A program made the position numbers and the translations under genes. This document shows, piece by piece, positions 6,062-16,499 of a stretch of 64,000 bases of DNA. Numbering within the stretch: position 1 is the stretch's first letter; each line of letters opens with the position of its first letter. Under the pieces are notes generated by a model. The model saw only the letters and a program-made list of their open reading frames with translations, made no database searches and was not told the origin of the DNA. Where the stretch lies: IMG/VR virus record IMGVR_UViG_3300014205_000204, positions 1 to 64,000 of that record; one strand, written 5' to 3'. This DNA comes from a virus. Lineage: Duplodnaviria > Caudoviricetes.

Positions 6062-6070
6062 TGATATAAT
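6062..6070 (+). promoter_or_regulatory. Extended -10 promoter (TGATATAAT)
   Basis: Perfect TGnTATAAT 28 nt upstream of the 6099 start. Confidence 0.75.
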
Positions 6071-6098
6071 TAGAGTAGAAGTCAAAAATTAGACAAAT

Positions 6099-6569
6099 AT
6101 GAAAAAAAATAAACTTCTTTCTACCCCTAGGCTGTTCGTCCAGGATTTCGGCGTCTTCCCGGTAGATGTGCTTGTGGCATATGGATGCCCGAAAGAGGCA
6201 GTGATCGAGTACCTGACGAAGTCAAAGTCCAGCAGGGAGTTCGTCAAGGCCATCAAGAATAAGCTAGATGCCGCTTCGGACGGGGGGGTCGGAGGTTTCA
6301 CCAGCTTTGACGGGCGGAGGTGTTTCCTCTGGCTGGACGCGACCGGCGACAAGTTTGACTTGGTAGTAAACCTGGTCCACGAGACGAATCACATGGTGCT
6401 TATCGGGTGCCAGCAGAAAATTTCGGGAGTGGGCAAGGGCGGTGAACTGGAGCTCGAGTCGGCAGCATACACGCAGCAATACCTTTTCGATAGCATCTTC
6501 AGGAAAATCACCGGTAAGGGCAAAATTCCCAAGGAAGATGACGTTTTAGCTAATCTCAGAAAAAAATAA
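6099..6569 (+). CDS. Putative zincin-like metalloprotein (HExxH)
   Basis: LVHETNHMV followed by a downstream E..AY (ELESAAY). Confidence 0.6.
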   Translation: MKKNKLLSTPRLFVQDFGVFPVDVLVAYGCPKEAVIEYLTKSKSSREFVKAIKNKLDAASDGGVGGFTSFDGRRCFLWLDATGDKFDLVVNLVHETNHMVLIGCQQKISGVGKGGELELESAAYTQQYLFDSIFRKITGKGKIPKEDDVLANLRKK

Positions 6570-9500
6570 TGGCTATTTTCCAACCGAAAGAATCAGAGAA
6601 GCTTCTCGCGTCAGCCGAGAAGTCTCCTACGTTTTATACAGGCACGCCGTCGAAGGCGGACATCAGCTCCGACAAGAGGATAAGGTCAGCCAAGGAGAAG
6701 GAAAGGATCTCCGGGGCAAACAAGCGGCCAGCCACTCCCGAGAAGGAACCCAAGGACTACTCGATGTTCGAGCGTGGCCTGCAGGCATTGGGGGCGCCGG
6801 TTGCGATCGGCTCCGCATTGCTGTCCAAGGCCATCGGGCAGGGACAGGACACTACCGCCTCGGGCCTGTCAAAGGCCATCGAGGACTACCACTCGTACGG
6901 CGACGTCATCAGGAAGGCGGGCGGCGGAAACGCCGTCGGTTTCGCTGGGGGCATCGTCCTTGACATCGCCCTCGATCCCGTCAACTGGCTGACTGCCGGA
7001 ACTACCGCCATAGTCCCGAGGGTGGGGGCCGGCATGGTCAAGGGAGGCGTGAAAGGCGCGGCAGTCGCGGCAAAGTCGGGGCTTCTCCAGAAGGCGTCCA
7101 AGGTAGCGGAAATCACGTCACCGACATATCGGAAGCTCATGACAGGTGAGGTCGCTCAGACGGCCAAAAATCCCACGTACATCGACAGGCTGTTCACGGC
7201 CACTGCTGAATCGACGGCCGAGTTCGATGAGATCGTCAAGCAGTCGACGCTCAGCAAGGTCCTGTCAAAGCCAGAATCGGAGAGGTTGATCCCTACCGAG
7301 GTGCTGGCGAACAAGGCCGTCGAGGCGATGAGGCTGGGCGACGAGGCCCGTGAAGGCCTAAGCCGGGCGGTCATCTACTCGCCTATCAGGAAGACGGCCG
7401 AGGACATGGCTGACGAGCTGAAGAACCGGGACAAGTGGTTGACTGACGGCGACATTAGCGTTGCCGAGGGAAGGAATAACATGCCCGTCAACGCGCATGC
7501 AGAGTCGCTGTCCTCCCGCGTATCGGACGGGATGGTCGGGGCCATTGACACCATAAAAGCCAAAGTAAAATACCAGACGTCCCCTGAGGCGGTGACCGCC
7601 GGTGTGGCATCGGAAGTGGTGGCCAACCACATGGCGTCCCAGAAGGTGATAGAGGCGCTGGATTCAATCGCCTTGAGGTTCGAGGCCAAGGACCCGGAAC
7701 TGTCGGACATGCTCAGGCAATGGGAGCCGGAAAGGCAGCTTGAGGCGCAGAAGTTCATGGACACGTACTCGACTTACGCCACCGGCATGGACTGGTACGA
7801 CAGGAGGCTCGCGAGGGCCCTGACTAACAAGTTCGCCAGGGAAACCCTAAGCGGATACGGAAAGGCGATCGCGGTCTTCCGTCCCGCGATGCTCGCCGGC
7901 AACCCCGCGTCCATCTTCAACTCCTACGCCGGGAACGTGGCGTTCGCCATGCTTGCGGGCATCAACGTGGGAGCCCACGGGTTCACGAGTTCCGTGAAGA
8001 AGTCGATGAGGTTCCTGTACCTGAACGACTTGTCAAAGCTCCAGGAACTGCTCGGGAGCGATGGGATTTTAATGATGGCGGAGAAGTACCCCAAGACGTT
8101 CAGGTCGGTCTTCGGGGTTGACCCGCTGCTGGTAACCGACAGGCGCAGTTTCTTCGACAAGCTGGCTGAAGCTCTCGAGAGCTCGGATGCGGGAAGCGAG
8201 GCCGCCGACCAGATTAGGAAGCTCAGCGGCGAGATGGACGAGCTGGCGTACGACGAGTTCCTCAAGAGGGGGTACAAGGACCAGGCAACCAAGTTGGCGA
8301 CCAAGAGCGCGACCACCATCCTCGGCGATGACCCCTCCATGTCGTTCGTCGTGAACGAGGTCAACGTCGGCGTCGCGTCCAGGATGGTCAAGAACATGAG
8401 GGACAGCGCATCCAAGGCAGGCGCCGAGGGTAAGTTCGCGAGGGCTTTCATGGCTCTGTACCAGAGCCCGATGGAGCTGTACGGCAAGGGCGACCAGGTA
8501 TTCAAGATCGCCACGATGTCGCACCTCGTGAACAACGGCGTAAGCGAGGCGGAGATGCTCAAGCTGGCCAGGCGCTACCCGTTCATCACGGAGGAAAGCC
8601 TGACGAAGACCGGCAACATGTGGTACAAGCTCGATGCCGAGACGGCGATGAGGGTCGTCGACGACATCTACATGAACTACTCGGCCATGCCCGGCTTCGT
8701 GAAGATGATGAGGTCGCTTCCCCTAGCCGGCAACACGTTCTTCTCGTTCTGCCGCGACGAGAAGACCGAGATCCTCACCAAGTCCGGATGGAAGTGGTGG
8801 AGCGAGCTCAAGATCGGGGAGCCGGTCATGAGCATGAACACCGATACCGGGGCTCTCGAGTGGAAGGAGCTCGAGGCCGTGAACGTCTTTCCCTCGCTGG
8901 GAAGCGTGTTCAGCGTCAAGGACGGCTTCCTGGATTACGTGATGACGCCGAACCACAGGTGCGTGACCGCAAGGTACGAAAGCGACGGCTGGAAGTACGA
9001 CGTGAAGACCGCGAACGACATGACGGACGGCGACTCGCTGGTCACCGGGTCCGACGTCGGTTACGTCGAGGAGACCGAATTGGACATCACTGACGAGGAG
9101 ATCGAGAGGGTCGGCAGGTCGTTCTCGAAGAACGGCTGCTCCCTGTCCATGAGCCTCGTGACGTCGCTAAGCCGCAGGCAGATGGAAGTGCTTTATGCCG
9201 CGTGCGTTTCCGGCGGGTCGGTCAGGGGATGGGTTTCCCATGACTCTACGGGATCGTTCCAGGCGCTGTGCCTCATGACCGGAAGGTCAAGCAGGATAGT
9301 CACCGCCAGGAAATCCTGCCTGGGGACCGTCGAGGTCACCGAGAGGAACCAAAGGAAGGCCAGTGACATCAAGACAGAAGTCATCCAGTACGAGGGTACC
9401 GTCTGGTGCCCGAAGGTGAAGGACAACGGGACGTGGGTCGCGAGGACGAACGGCGCCGTGGACATCACCGGGAACTCGTACGGTTTCGGGGCGAAGGGGC

Positions 9501-10177
9501 TGGCGGCCCTACAGACCAACCCTGCCGCCTTCACCAAGATGAACCTGGCGATGCGCGAGTTCGGCGGGGCGCAGTCCCCGCAGGAGAGGGAGGAGCTGGA
9601 GGGGGAGTATTACTCGTACATGGACGAGCCGTCCATGATGAAGATCCCGTTCTTCCAGAAGTACCCGCTGTACCTGAACATGGCTAACGCCCTGCCTCAG
9701 TACTCGTTCTCCCTTCTTGCCAACCCGAAGCGCAACTACGGGGAGGGATGGGGGGACGACGTCATGAAGGTCGTCGACAGGTCACAGCTGTTCCGCGACC
9801 CGTTCGGGTCATGGCTGTTCACGTACGTCATCGCCCCGCACCTGATGTCCGAGGCGCAGACGGCTGTCGGCACTCCCCTCTACCCGGAAGACGCCTCGAC
9901 GGCAAAGAAGACGGGCATGGCGGCGACCGCCCTCGGTGAGTCGTTCATACCTAGGGCTCCCCAGATGATACTAGGCAAGATACCCGGCATGCCGTACTCA
10001 AGCGACGAGGTCATCGACTACCTGCCGTCCCTCATGCGCGGAGACCAGCACACCCTTAAGGGGAGGTCAGCGCAGGGGTATGCGAAGAATTTTCCGAACG
10101 TCACCGAGGACATGCTGCTGAGGCTGTCGAGGCAACTCGGAATCCCGCTGCACAAGATGAACATTTACGAGAAATAA
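6569..10177 (+). CDS. Large putative internal virion/ejection protein containing an intein
   Basis: 1202 aa, Ala/Gly-rich and helical, with a GGIVLDIALDPVNWL motif typical of podoviral internal proteins. Intein at aa 728-969. Confidence 0.7.
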   Translation: MAIFQPKESEKLLASAEKSPTFYTGTPSKADISSDKRIRSAKEKERISGANKRPATPEKEPKDYSMFERGLQALGAPVAIGSALLSKAIGQGQDTTASGLSKAIEDYHSYGDVIRKAGGGNAVGFAGGIVLDIALDPVNWLTAGTTAIVPRVGAGMVKGGVKGAAVAAKSGLLQKASKVAEITSPTYRKLMTGEVAQTAKNPTYIDRLFTATAESTAEFDEIVKQSTLSKVLSKPESERLIPTEVLANKAVEAMRLGDEAREGLSRAVIYSPIRKTAEDMADELKNRDKWLTDGDISVAEGRNNMPVNAHAESLSSRVSDGMVGAIDTIKAKVKYQTSPEAVTAGVASEVVANHMASQKVIEALDSIALRFEAKDPELSDMLRQWEPERQLEAQKFMDTYSTYATGMDWYDRRLARALTNKFARETLSGYGKAIAVFRPAMLAGNPASIFNSYAGNVAFAMLAGINVGAHGFTSSVKKSMRFLYLNDLSKLQELLGSDGILMMAEKYPKTFRSVFGVDPLLVTDRRSFFDKLAEALESSDAGSEAADQIRKLSGEMDELAYDEFLKRGYKDQATKLATKSATTILGDDPSMSFVVNEVNVGVASRMVKNMRDSASKAGAEGKFARAFMALYQSPMELYGKGDQVFKIATMSHLVNNGVSEAEMLKLARRYPFITEESLTKTGNMWYKLDAETAMRVVDDIYMNYSAMPGFVKMMRSLPLAGNTFFSFCRDEKTEILTKSGWKWWSELKIGEPVMSMNTDTGALEWKELEAVNVFPSLGSVFSVKDGFLDYVMTPNHRCVTARYESDGWKYDVKTANDMTDGDSLVTGSDVGYVEETELDITDEEIERVGRSFSKNGCSLSMSLVTSLSRRQMEVLYAACVSGGSVRGWVSHDSTGSFQALCLMTGRSSRIVTARKSCLGTVEVTERNQRKASDIKTEVIQYEGTVWCPKVKDNGTWVARTNGAVDITGNSYGFGAKGLAALQTNPAAFTKMNLAMREFGGAQSPQEREELEGEYYSYMDEPSMMKIPFFQKYPLYLNMANALPQYSFSLLANPKRNYGEGWGDDVMKVVDRSQLFRDPFGSWLFTYVIAPHLMSEAQTAVGTPLYPEDASTAKKTGMAATALGESFIPRAPQMILGKIPGMPYSSDEVIDYLPSLMRGDQHTLKGRSAQGYAKNFPNVTEDMLLRLSRQLGIPLHKMNIYEK
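8750..9475 (+). mobile_element. Intein (242 aa) with degenerate endonuclease remnant
   Basis: N-terminal Cys (CRDEKTEILTKSGW), block B (VMTPNHR), block F (YEGTVWCPKV..NGTWVAR) and C-terminal TGN followed by +1 Ser. Confidence 0.9.
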
Positions 10178-10186
10178 GACAAAAAA

Positions 10187-10567
10187 ATGGAAAACCAAAA
10201 TCAAGTTATCAACAAACCGTTCGAGCCGGCGACAGTCGGCGATTCGGCCGCGGCCACGGCACCTGCGGCCGGTGCCCAGATGGACGTCGAGAGGGACGAG
10301 GAGGCAGGGGAGGCGCGGGACATGATCGCCGACCTGATCAGCCAGGTCCAGTCACACCATGACGGGAACATGGAAGCAGTCAGGCAGAAGGTCAGAGAGG
10401 CATGGACGGAGATCTACGAGGAAATCCGCAAGGCTGGGTTCGACCCGTCGACTCCCGAAGGCATCGCCCAGTACCGTGACAGCCTGGCGGCGCAGAGCGT
10501 CGACAAGGCAATCATGTTCGACTACGTTATCAGCTCCATGCTGACTGTCAGCGACAAGGTAAGCTGA
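10187..10567 (+). CDS. Hypothetical protein
   Basis: 126-aa ORF with an A-rich leader, in operon. Confidence 0.75.
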   Translation: MENQNQVINKPFEPATVGDSAAATAPAAGAQMDVERDEEAGEARDMIADLISQVQSHHDGNMEAVRQKVREAWTEIYEEIRKAGFDPSTPEGIAQYRDSLAAQSVDKAIMFDYVISSMLTVSDKVS

Positions 10568-10592
10568 CAAGAGACAAAAAATAGAAATTAGT

Positions 10593-11426
10593 ATGCAACC
10601 GAATTTTTACGATATTAAATCCTGTCCGATCAAGGACTACCCAAAGAGGTACTCGGACGTCGACCTCAACAGCGGTAGGTTCGAGCTGAGGGAGAGGGAA
10701 TTACGCCTCACCAGGCCGTACATCAACAAGCCTCACCAGAAGGGGTACATGGGCAAGGAGAACACCGGTGAGGAGCGCGACCTCCAGGACTGGATAAGGG
10801 ATTACGACGCGGTGTGCAGGGAGGTCGACGATGACTTGTGGAAATACGCCCTGAAGAAGACGTGGCTTGAGGCCAAGCTCGCCTACCCAATGTACTTCAA
10901 GCTGGTGTTCCTGTCCCAGAAGCAGGCCTTCAGGACGAGGATCAAGAGGGAACTTGACCATAAGTTTGTCTATCGCCCGTCGTACTCTACGGTCCCTGAC
11001 GCTGAATACGTCCTGCGTCGGTACTGGTTCGACATAATCGACAGCACTAAGTTCCACAACACGGACGAGGTGATCAAGCTGGACAGCATACCGCTGCCCT
11101 TCCCAGGGTGCTCATTCATTCACATGAAACTGGTGAAGGACATGGACGAGAGGATCGGCCTCCTTGAGCACGCGAGCAAACGCAAGATGATCTACGGTGA
11201 TTTCCTTAATTACGTAGTCAATTACGCCTGCTCCGTCAACGATGAGCTGGGCTACCAGAAGTACGTCATCTCAAGGGCGACAGCGAACACGTTCTATTCC
11301 ATCAGGAAGTCGGAAAACCCGGAGTACAAAAGCGAGATGGCCGACATCGCCCTTTATGATGTGTTTAATCCGGATATCGACACGAGGCTGGATGAAGTGG
11401 TAAATGGCAAGTATGGAAAGGTCTGA
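10593..11426 (+). CDS. Hypothetical protein
   Basis: 277-aa ORF co-directional with the packaging genes. Confidence 0.75.
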   Translation: MQPNFYDIKSCPIKDYPKRYSDVDLNSGRFELRERELRLTRPYINKPHQKGYMGKENTGEERDLQDWIRDYDAVCREVDDDLWKYALKKTWLEAKLAYPMYFKLVFLSQKQAFRTRIKRELDHKFVYRPSYSTVPDAEYVLRRYWFDIIDSTKFHNTDEVIKLDSIPLPFPGCSFIHMKLVKDMDERIGLLEHASKRKMIYGDFLNYVVNYACSVNDELGYQKYVISRATANTFYSIRKSENPEYKSEMADIALYDVFNPDIDTRLDEVVNGKYGKV

Positions 11427-11946
11427 TCAATATGACGGTGAACTGCTGCAGCCGGAGGTGATGCCCAGCGGTGGAGCCGCCAGGGCATCCGAGATGCTCA
11501 AGGTGAGGAGACTGGTCAAGGCAATCGCCTCAGGGGAGACTAACCCCAACAGGCTTGCGGAGCTCGCTGGGTTCGAGTCGGCCACCCGTGCCATGCTGAC
11601 GCTGGACAAGATACAGAACCGCCGCGAGATCATGGACGCGTTCAACAGGGCGGGCATCAGCATGGATTACATCGTCAGCCGCGTCAAGCACCTGTGCGAT
11701 TCCGACAGCGACTCGTCAGTTCGCGACGGACTCAACATCCTCATAAAGATGACGGGTATCGACAAGGGAGAGGCGGGCGAGAGCCACAGCAGGTCGTGGG
11801 AGGACATGCTGATCGGGAAAACCGAGGAGCCTGAGGCCGAGCTAGGGGACGGCGGCCAGTACCTGATAGACATACCAGACGTCCCGGAGGAGGAGTTGCA
11901 GAGGAGGCTTGAGGACGAGAAGTTGGCGCGCGAATTGTTTGCGTAA
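11404..11946 (+). CDS. Putative terminase small subunit
   Basis: Helical 180-aa ORF with an N-terminal HTH-like segment, immediately upstream of the large terminase. The call is positional. Confidence 0.55.
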   Translation: MASMERSDQYDGELLQPEVMPSGGAARASEMLKVRRLVKAIASGETNPNRLAELAGFESATRAMLTLDKIQNRREIMDAFNRAGISMDYIVSRVKHLCDSDSDSSVRDGLNILIKMTGIDKGEAGESHSRSWEDMLIGKTEEPEAELGDGGQYLIDIPDVPEEELQRRLEDEKLARELFA

Positions 11947-11949
11947 AAT

Positions 11950-13407
11950 ATGGGAAAGCTGACAATCGAGCAAATACGCGACCCGAAGTTCTACCTAGAG
12001 CACTTCGTGAAGATCAAGGGTAAGCAGTCAGGCCAGCTCATCGACTTCAGGCTGAAGAAGGCGCAGATTCACCTGTTCAACGTACTGAAGACGAACAGGA
12101 AGGTGATGGCCCTTAAGGCACGTCAGCTCGGGATTAGCTCCGCCGTCGCCGGATGGCTCTACCACAGGGCGATAACGGTCCCCGGCACGAGCGCGGGCAT
12201 CATCGGGTACAACCAGGCCATGGCGCGAGAGCTCATGGATAAGATCAAGCTGTTCATCGAGACGACTCCAGACGAGCTGAAGCCGACGATAACCAAGAAG
12301 ACCAGCACGGAGATAGAGTTTGGGAAGATGCACTCGAAGATCCAGGTCATCGCGTCGAAGAACGCCGGCCGCGGATATACGTTCACGGATATGCTCCTGA
12401 GTGAGCCACCGTATTGGGAGGATCTTGACGCGAAAATGGATGCCATCCTCGGTGGTCTTCCTGAAAACGGGACGTTGATTCTTGAGTCGACACCGTCGAT
12501 GGCTGGCGACAGGTTCCACCGGATGTGGACAGACGATGACAACGGCTTCGTCAAGCTGGAGCTCGGCTGGTGGTGGGAGTACACGCAGGAGCAGATGGAG
12601 GCGAAAAGGAAGGAGTACTCCGGTGACGATGCGCGATTCCGACGCGAGTTCTGCATGGAGTTCGGCGTCGAGGGCGGATTGGTCTTCGACAAGAAGATAA
12701 TCTCCCAGCAGCGCAGGGGACAGCTTGACTTGGGGATGAAGAACCATTACATGATCGGTGACGTCAAGCATCCTGCCACCCATGAGTACGAGGTGCACGA
12801 GGAGGACAGGATGATCCAGTACCAGCCACCGATCCCAGGCAGGACTTACGTCATGGGCGCTGACGTCGCTCAGGGCATCTCCGGCGGCGACTACTCCACG
12901 ATGACCATGTTCGACAGGCTGACCGGTGAGCAGGTGGCGTTCTTCCGCGGGAAGGTAGACCCTGACCACTTCGGCGAGATGCTGGACAGGTGGGGAAGGA
13001 AGTACAACTTCGCGCTGATTGTCTTCGAGGTCAATAACCACGGCAACAGCGTCCTGACCATCCTCAAGCAGAAGGCATACCCTAACGTTTACTACCGCAT
13101 CGGCAGGTACGATGTGGCGGGCATGGACATGACAAGCCGCATGGGCTTCATAACCAACGAGCAGACGCGCGGCATGCTCATCAATGACTTCAGGAAGTGC
13201 GCGCGCGACATGTCGATTATCATACGTTCCAAGGACATCCTCAACGAGATGATGACTTTCGTCTGGAAGGCTAACGGAAAGGGTGAGGCGGCGTCGGGGT
13301 GTCATGACGATTCCGTGATGTCGGCAATGCTCGCAGTGCAGGGTTTCTCTCAGACGGTGGGTGACTATGACCTTAGTCAGCCGGACATAAGCCAGTTCAT
13401 TCGGTGA
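11950..13407 (+). CDS. terL: Terminase large subunit
   Basis: LKARQLG (Walker A region), LILESTP, GADVAQG and HDDSVMS nuclease motifs. Confidence 0.92.
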   Translation: MGKLTIEQIRDPKFYLEHFVKIKGKQSGQLIDFRLKKAQIHLFNVLKTNRKVMALKARQLGISSAVAGWLYHRAITVPGTSAGIIGYNQAMARELMDKIKLFIETTPDELKPTITKKTSTEIEFGKMHSKIQVIASKNAGRGYTFTDMLLSEPPYWEDLDAKMDAILGGLPENGTLILESTPSMAGDRFHRMWTDDDNGFVKLELGWWWEYTQEQMEAKRKEYSGDDARFRREFCMEFGVEGGLVFDKKIISQQRRGQLDLGMKNHYMIGDVKHPATHEYEVHEEDRMIQYQPPIPGRTYVMGADVAQGISGGDYSTMTMFDRLTGEQVAFFRGKVDPDHFGEMLDRWGRKYNFALIVFEVNNHGNSVLTILKQKAYPNVYYRIGRYDVAGMDMTSRMGFITNEQTRGMLINDFRKCARDMSIIIRSKDILNEMMTFVWKANGKGEAASGCHDDSVMSAMLAVQGFSQTVGDYDLSQPDISQFIR

Positions 13408-13425
13408 TTCAAAAAACAAAACAAA

Positions 13426-15483
13426 ATGGCTAATTTAACACGAAAAATAAGCTTTTACGATCCTGACAATTTCGGAAAGGAAGAAAGGCAGAAGCTCTCG
13501 AGATTCAATGACCAGTACGACGACGCCAAGGAGTACTTCTTCAATTACATGAAGCCCAGGTACGACCGATCGTATGCGCTGTTCATGTCGTGGCCTGAGA
13601 CCAGGCGCGGGCTTGTGATGGGTTGGCAGAACAACATCGCGATCCCGTTCACTAACTCTACAGTCGAGGCGCTCATGCCGCGCATCGTGGATGCGCGCCC
13701 CGATTTCGGTGTCGTCGGGAGGTCTGTCGAGGACAACGCAAACGCCGTTCACCTACAGAATATCGGAGAGTACAACTGGGATCTTGCTAACATGGACGCC
13801 ACGAACGAGGAGGTCGTTAGGTCTGCGCTCGTCTACGGCAACTCATGGATCCAGACGTGGTGGAAGAAGGAGGTCAAGACGGCCAGGTACTATGTCGGCA
13901 AGGACGTGAACAAGGCAGGAGAGAAGGGCAGGAAAGCGAAGGGCAAGTGGGTCGAGAAGACTGTAACGGTCTATGACGCCCCGTTTGCCGAGGCTATAGA
14001 CCCTTATACCCTCCTTTACGATCATCGCAACAAGACACACAAGTCAAAGCAGTATTTCTACCGTCGAAAGCTCCTAAACGAGCCACAGATACGCCGTGAT
14101 TACCCGATGGCTGATCCTCTCCGGCTTGAGCTGGCGTTCAAGGCCACTCCGGAAAGTCTCGAGGACTGGGCGGCGATCAGGACGCTGAAGAAGTCAGAAC
14201 GTCCTAAGTTCATGGCCGAGGGCGGGGTGGATTCGTTCGGTGCGGGAAGGTATGTCACGGCGATAGACCCCAAGCTCGGGTTCCATGAGGTCAAGGAGAG
14301 GATTTCCGAGTTTGACGGCACTATTGCCGTCACGATCAATAACGTCCCGATATACGACGGGTTCGATCTGCCGATCGTGTACAACCACAAGGAGACGGGC
14401 ATCATCCATATCCCGTACATGAAGGTCCCGTTCGAGTACGAGGGCATTTCCCTGCCGGAGCAGCTCGACGGCATGCAGACGATGCTCAACACGATCAAGA
14501 ACCAGCGCCTCGACGCAATGCTCCTCAACATCCACAAGATGTGGATCGTCAACCCGAACGCGAACATCGCGAAGAAGGACCTGGCAGTCAGGCCGTTCGG
14601 CATCATCTGGTCGCCAGACCCGAACGGCGTGCGGCCGGTCGAGTTCTCGGACGTCAAGCAGAGCGCATACCAGGAGGAGTCGCTCCTCAAGGCTGACATG
14701 GCCTACGCGACTGGCGTGGACGACGCGTCCCGAGGCGTACAGAGCGGCGGCAGCGCCACCGAGGTCAGGCACCTCCGTGAGGCCACGCTGGAGCGGGTCA
14801 GGCTGTTCATCAACCACCTCGGAGACGGCTATTCCGACCTACACCGCCTGTGGATCTCCATGTGGGGGCAGTTCATGTCGAAGAGCATGGCAATCCGCGT
14901 CACAGGGTCAGACGGGCAGCTGTCGTGGCCTGTGATCAGTCGCGATGACCTCAAGGGTAATTACGACTTCAAGAGCACGGTCAAGCCGTCCAGTTCCGGC
15001 AGGAATGACGTCGACAAGAAGCAGGCCATGGACCTCTTCCAGCTGCTGGTCCAGTTCCCGTTCATCGACAAGCGCAAGCTGCTCAGCATGACCCTCGTGC
15101 CTTTTGCCTATCCGGTGGACAAGCTGGTGGTTGAGGGGCAGGAAGCCATGCCGGCTGATGGTGCAGATGGGCAGGCTCCGGTAGAGCAGAACGACCTCCA
15201 GAAGTACCTTGATGAGTCAGGAACCTCATCGGCCATATCCCCCGAGGCATATAACGCGATACTCAAGGAGCTGGAGGACAGGGGGGCCCAGCAGTCTCCG
15301 TTCGCGGCAGCCTCGCAGCCTATGATGCTAGACCCCAATCAGGTACCGCCGGCCGCTCCTGACACGACAAACCCACGCGGAATGAATCGGTCAGGGAAGG
15401 TCGACACTAACATACCGACGCTGCGTGGCGCCTCGGACACTGGTGCTTCTATTCTAAACCAGGCTAAGTCAATACAGCGATGA
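13426..15483 (+). CDS. Portal protein (P22-like)
   Basis: 685 aa directly after terL, with a portal-like core (LNTIKNQRLD...HKMWIV, TGVDDASRG) and a disordered C-terminus. Confidence 0.8.
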   Translation: MANLTRKISFYDPDNFGKEERQKLSRFNDQYDDAKEYFFNYMKPRYDRSYALFMSWPETRRGLVMGWQNNIAIPFTNSTVEALMPRIVDARPDFGVVGRSVEDNANAVHLQNIGEYNWDLANMDATNEEVVRSALVYGNSWIQTWWKKEVKTARYYVGKDVNKAGEKGRKAKGKWVEKTVTVYDAPFAEAIDPYTLLYDHRNKTHKSKQYFYRRKLLNEPQIRRDYPMADPLRLELAFKATPESLEDWAAIRTLKKSERPKFMAEGGVDSFGAGRYVTAIDPKLGFHEVKERISEFDGTIAVTINNVPIYDGFDLPIVYNHKETGIIHIPYMKVPFEYEGISLPEQLDGMQTMLNTIKNQRLDAMLLNIHKMWIVNPNANIAKKDLAVRPFGIIWSPDPNGVRPVEFSDVKQSAYQEESLLKADMAYATGVDDASRGVQSGGSATEVRHLREATLERVRLFINHLGDGYSDLHRLWISMWGQFMSKSMAIRVTGSDGQLSWPVISRDDLKGNYDFKSTVKPSSSGRNDVDKKQAMDLFQLLVQFPFIDKRKLLSMTLVPFAYPVDKLVVEGQEAMPADGADGQAPVEQNDLQKYLDESGTSSAISPEAYNAILKELEDRGAQQSPFAAASQPMMLDPNQVPPAAPDTTNPRGMNRSGKVDTNIPTLRGASDTGASILNQAKSIQR

Positions 15484-15752
15484 GCATTCTACCTGAAAGA
15501 GACGAGAGGATTCTCGCGGCGGCAAACATGATACTCAACGACGAGAAGATAGTCAAGGCGCTCAACTTTTACCTAAGTAGCAAGGTTGAGGATAGCATGG
15601 TGGCCAACGCCACGCATGACCCCCTGACGGCCCAAGGGCAGCACGAGATCCTGATCTCCCAGGGTATCCGTGCGGCCCTTGGCGGGCTCCTGGGTAACAT
15701 GGAAGCCACGCGGGAGGCGCTCGAGGAGGCAAAAAAGGAGCAAAAAGGCTAA
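15480..15752 (+). CDS. Small head-module protein
   Basis: 90 aa, ATGA-coupled to the portal gene. Confidence 0.7.
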   Translation: MSILPERDERILAAANMILNDEKIVKALNFYLSSKVEDSMVANATHDPLTAQGQHEILISQGIRAALGGLLGNMEATREALEEAKKEQKG

Positions 15753-15758
15753 ACCATG

Positions 15759-15767
15759 TGTTATAAT
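15759..15767 (+). promoter_or_regulatory. Extended -10 promoter (TGTTATAAT)
   Basis: Perfect TGnTATAAT upstream of the scaffold/capsid genes. Confidence 0.7.
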
Positions 15768-15794
15768 TAAGATAGAGAGGAAAAATAAAAAAAT

Positions 15795-16436
15795 ATGAAC
15801 ATCGCTGAAATTACTCAACATGACCTCGACGAGCTCGAGAAGCAGCTCGATGAAAAGATGCGCAACGAGAATGACCTCAAGCCGTTCCTGGAGAAGGTCC
15901 AGGGTCGAGAGGACATCTTCAATGCCGTGATGAATGACAAGCTTGACCCTGAAGTAGTCAAGGGCATCCTTGACGGAACCGCGACAAAAGCGGAAGTCAA
16001 GCAGGCGGCGAAGAATGCCGACGTGCCCACTGGCCTTGCCGAGCAGGTCAGGAGCCTTATCGCCGAGGAGCTGTCCAAGGCTGACGGCAAGATCGGAAAG
16101 GTGGACAAGCTTAGCGAGGATTTCGAGGCCATAAAGCTGGCCAATGAGGTCCGCGACTTCGCTGAGACAGTCCCGGATTTTGACGAGTACCGAGAAGGAA
16201 TCGCCAACTGGTACGATGAACATCCGGAGTTTGAGTCATTCCCGCTTGATAACGTCTATAAGATGGTCAAGTATGAGAAGCTCAGCGCCGAGGCTTCAAG
16301 CAAGGTCGAGGAGGACATGATTGAGGAGCAGAAGATGTTGGCCGCCCGTGGCGGCAACGGAGCGGGCCATGGTGCCGTCGGGACCAAGGAGGGTTTCGAG
16401 GAGGCGCTCATGAGCATGGCGAAGACGCTCAGATAG
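15795..16436 (+). CDS. Putative capsid scaffolding protein
   Basis: Acidic coiled-coil 213-aa ORF between the portal and capsid genes. Confidence 0.6.
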   Translation: MNIAEITQHDLDELEKQLDEKMRNENDLKPFLEKVQGREDIFNAVMNDKLDPEVVKGILDGTATKAEVKQAAKNADVPTGLAEQVRSLIAEELSKADGKIGKVDKLSEDFEAIKLANEVRDFAETVPDFDEYREGIANWYDEHPEFESFPLDNVYKMVKYEKLSAEASSKVEEDMIEEQKMLAARGGNGAGHGAVGTKEGFEEALMSMAKTLR

Positions 16437-16499
16437 CTCATCCAGTTTCAATATTATTATCGGTGGATCTTTAAAAAATAAAAACAGAAAACAGCAAAT

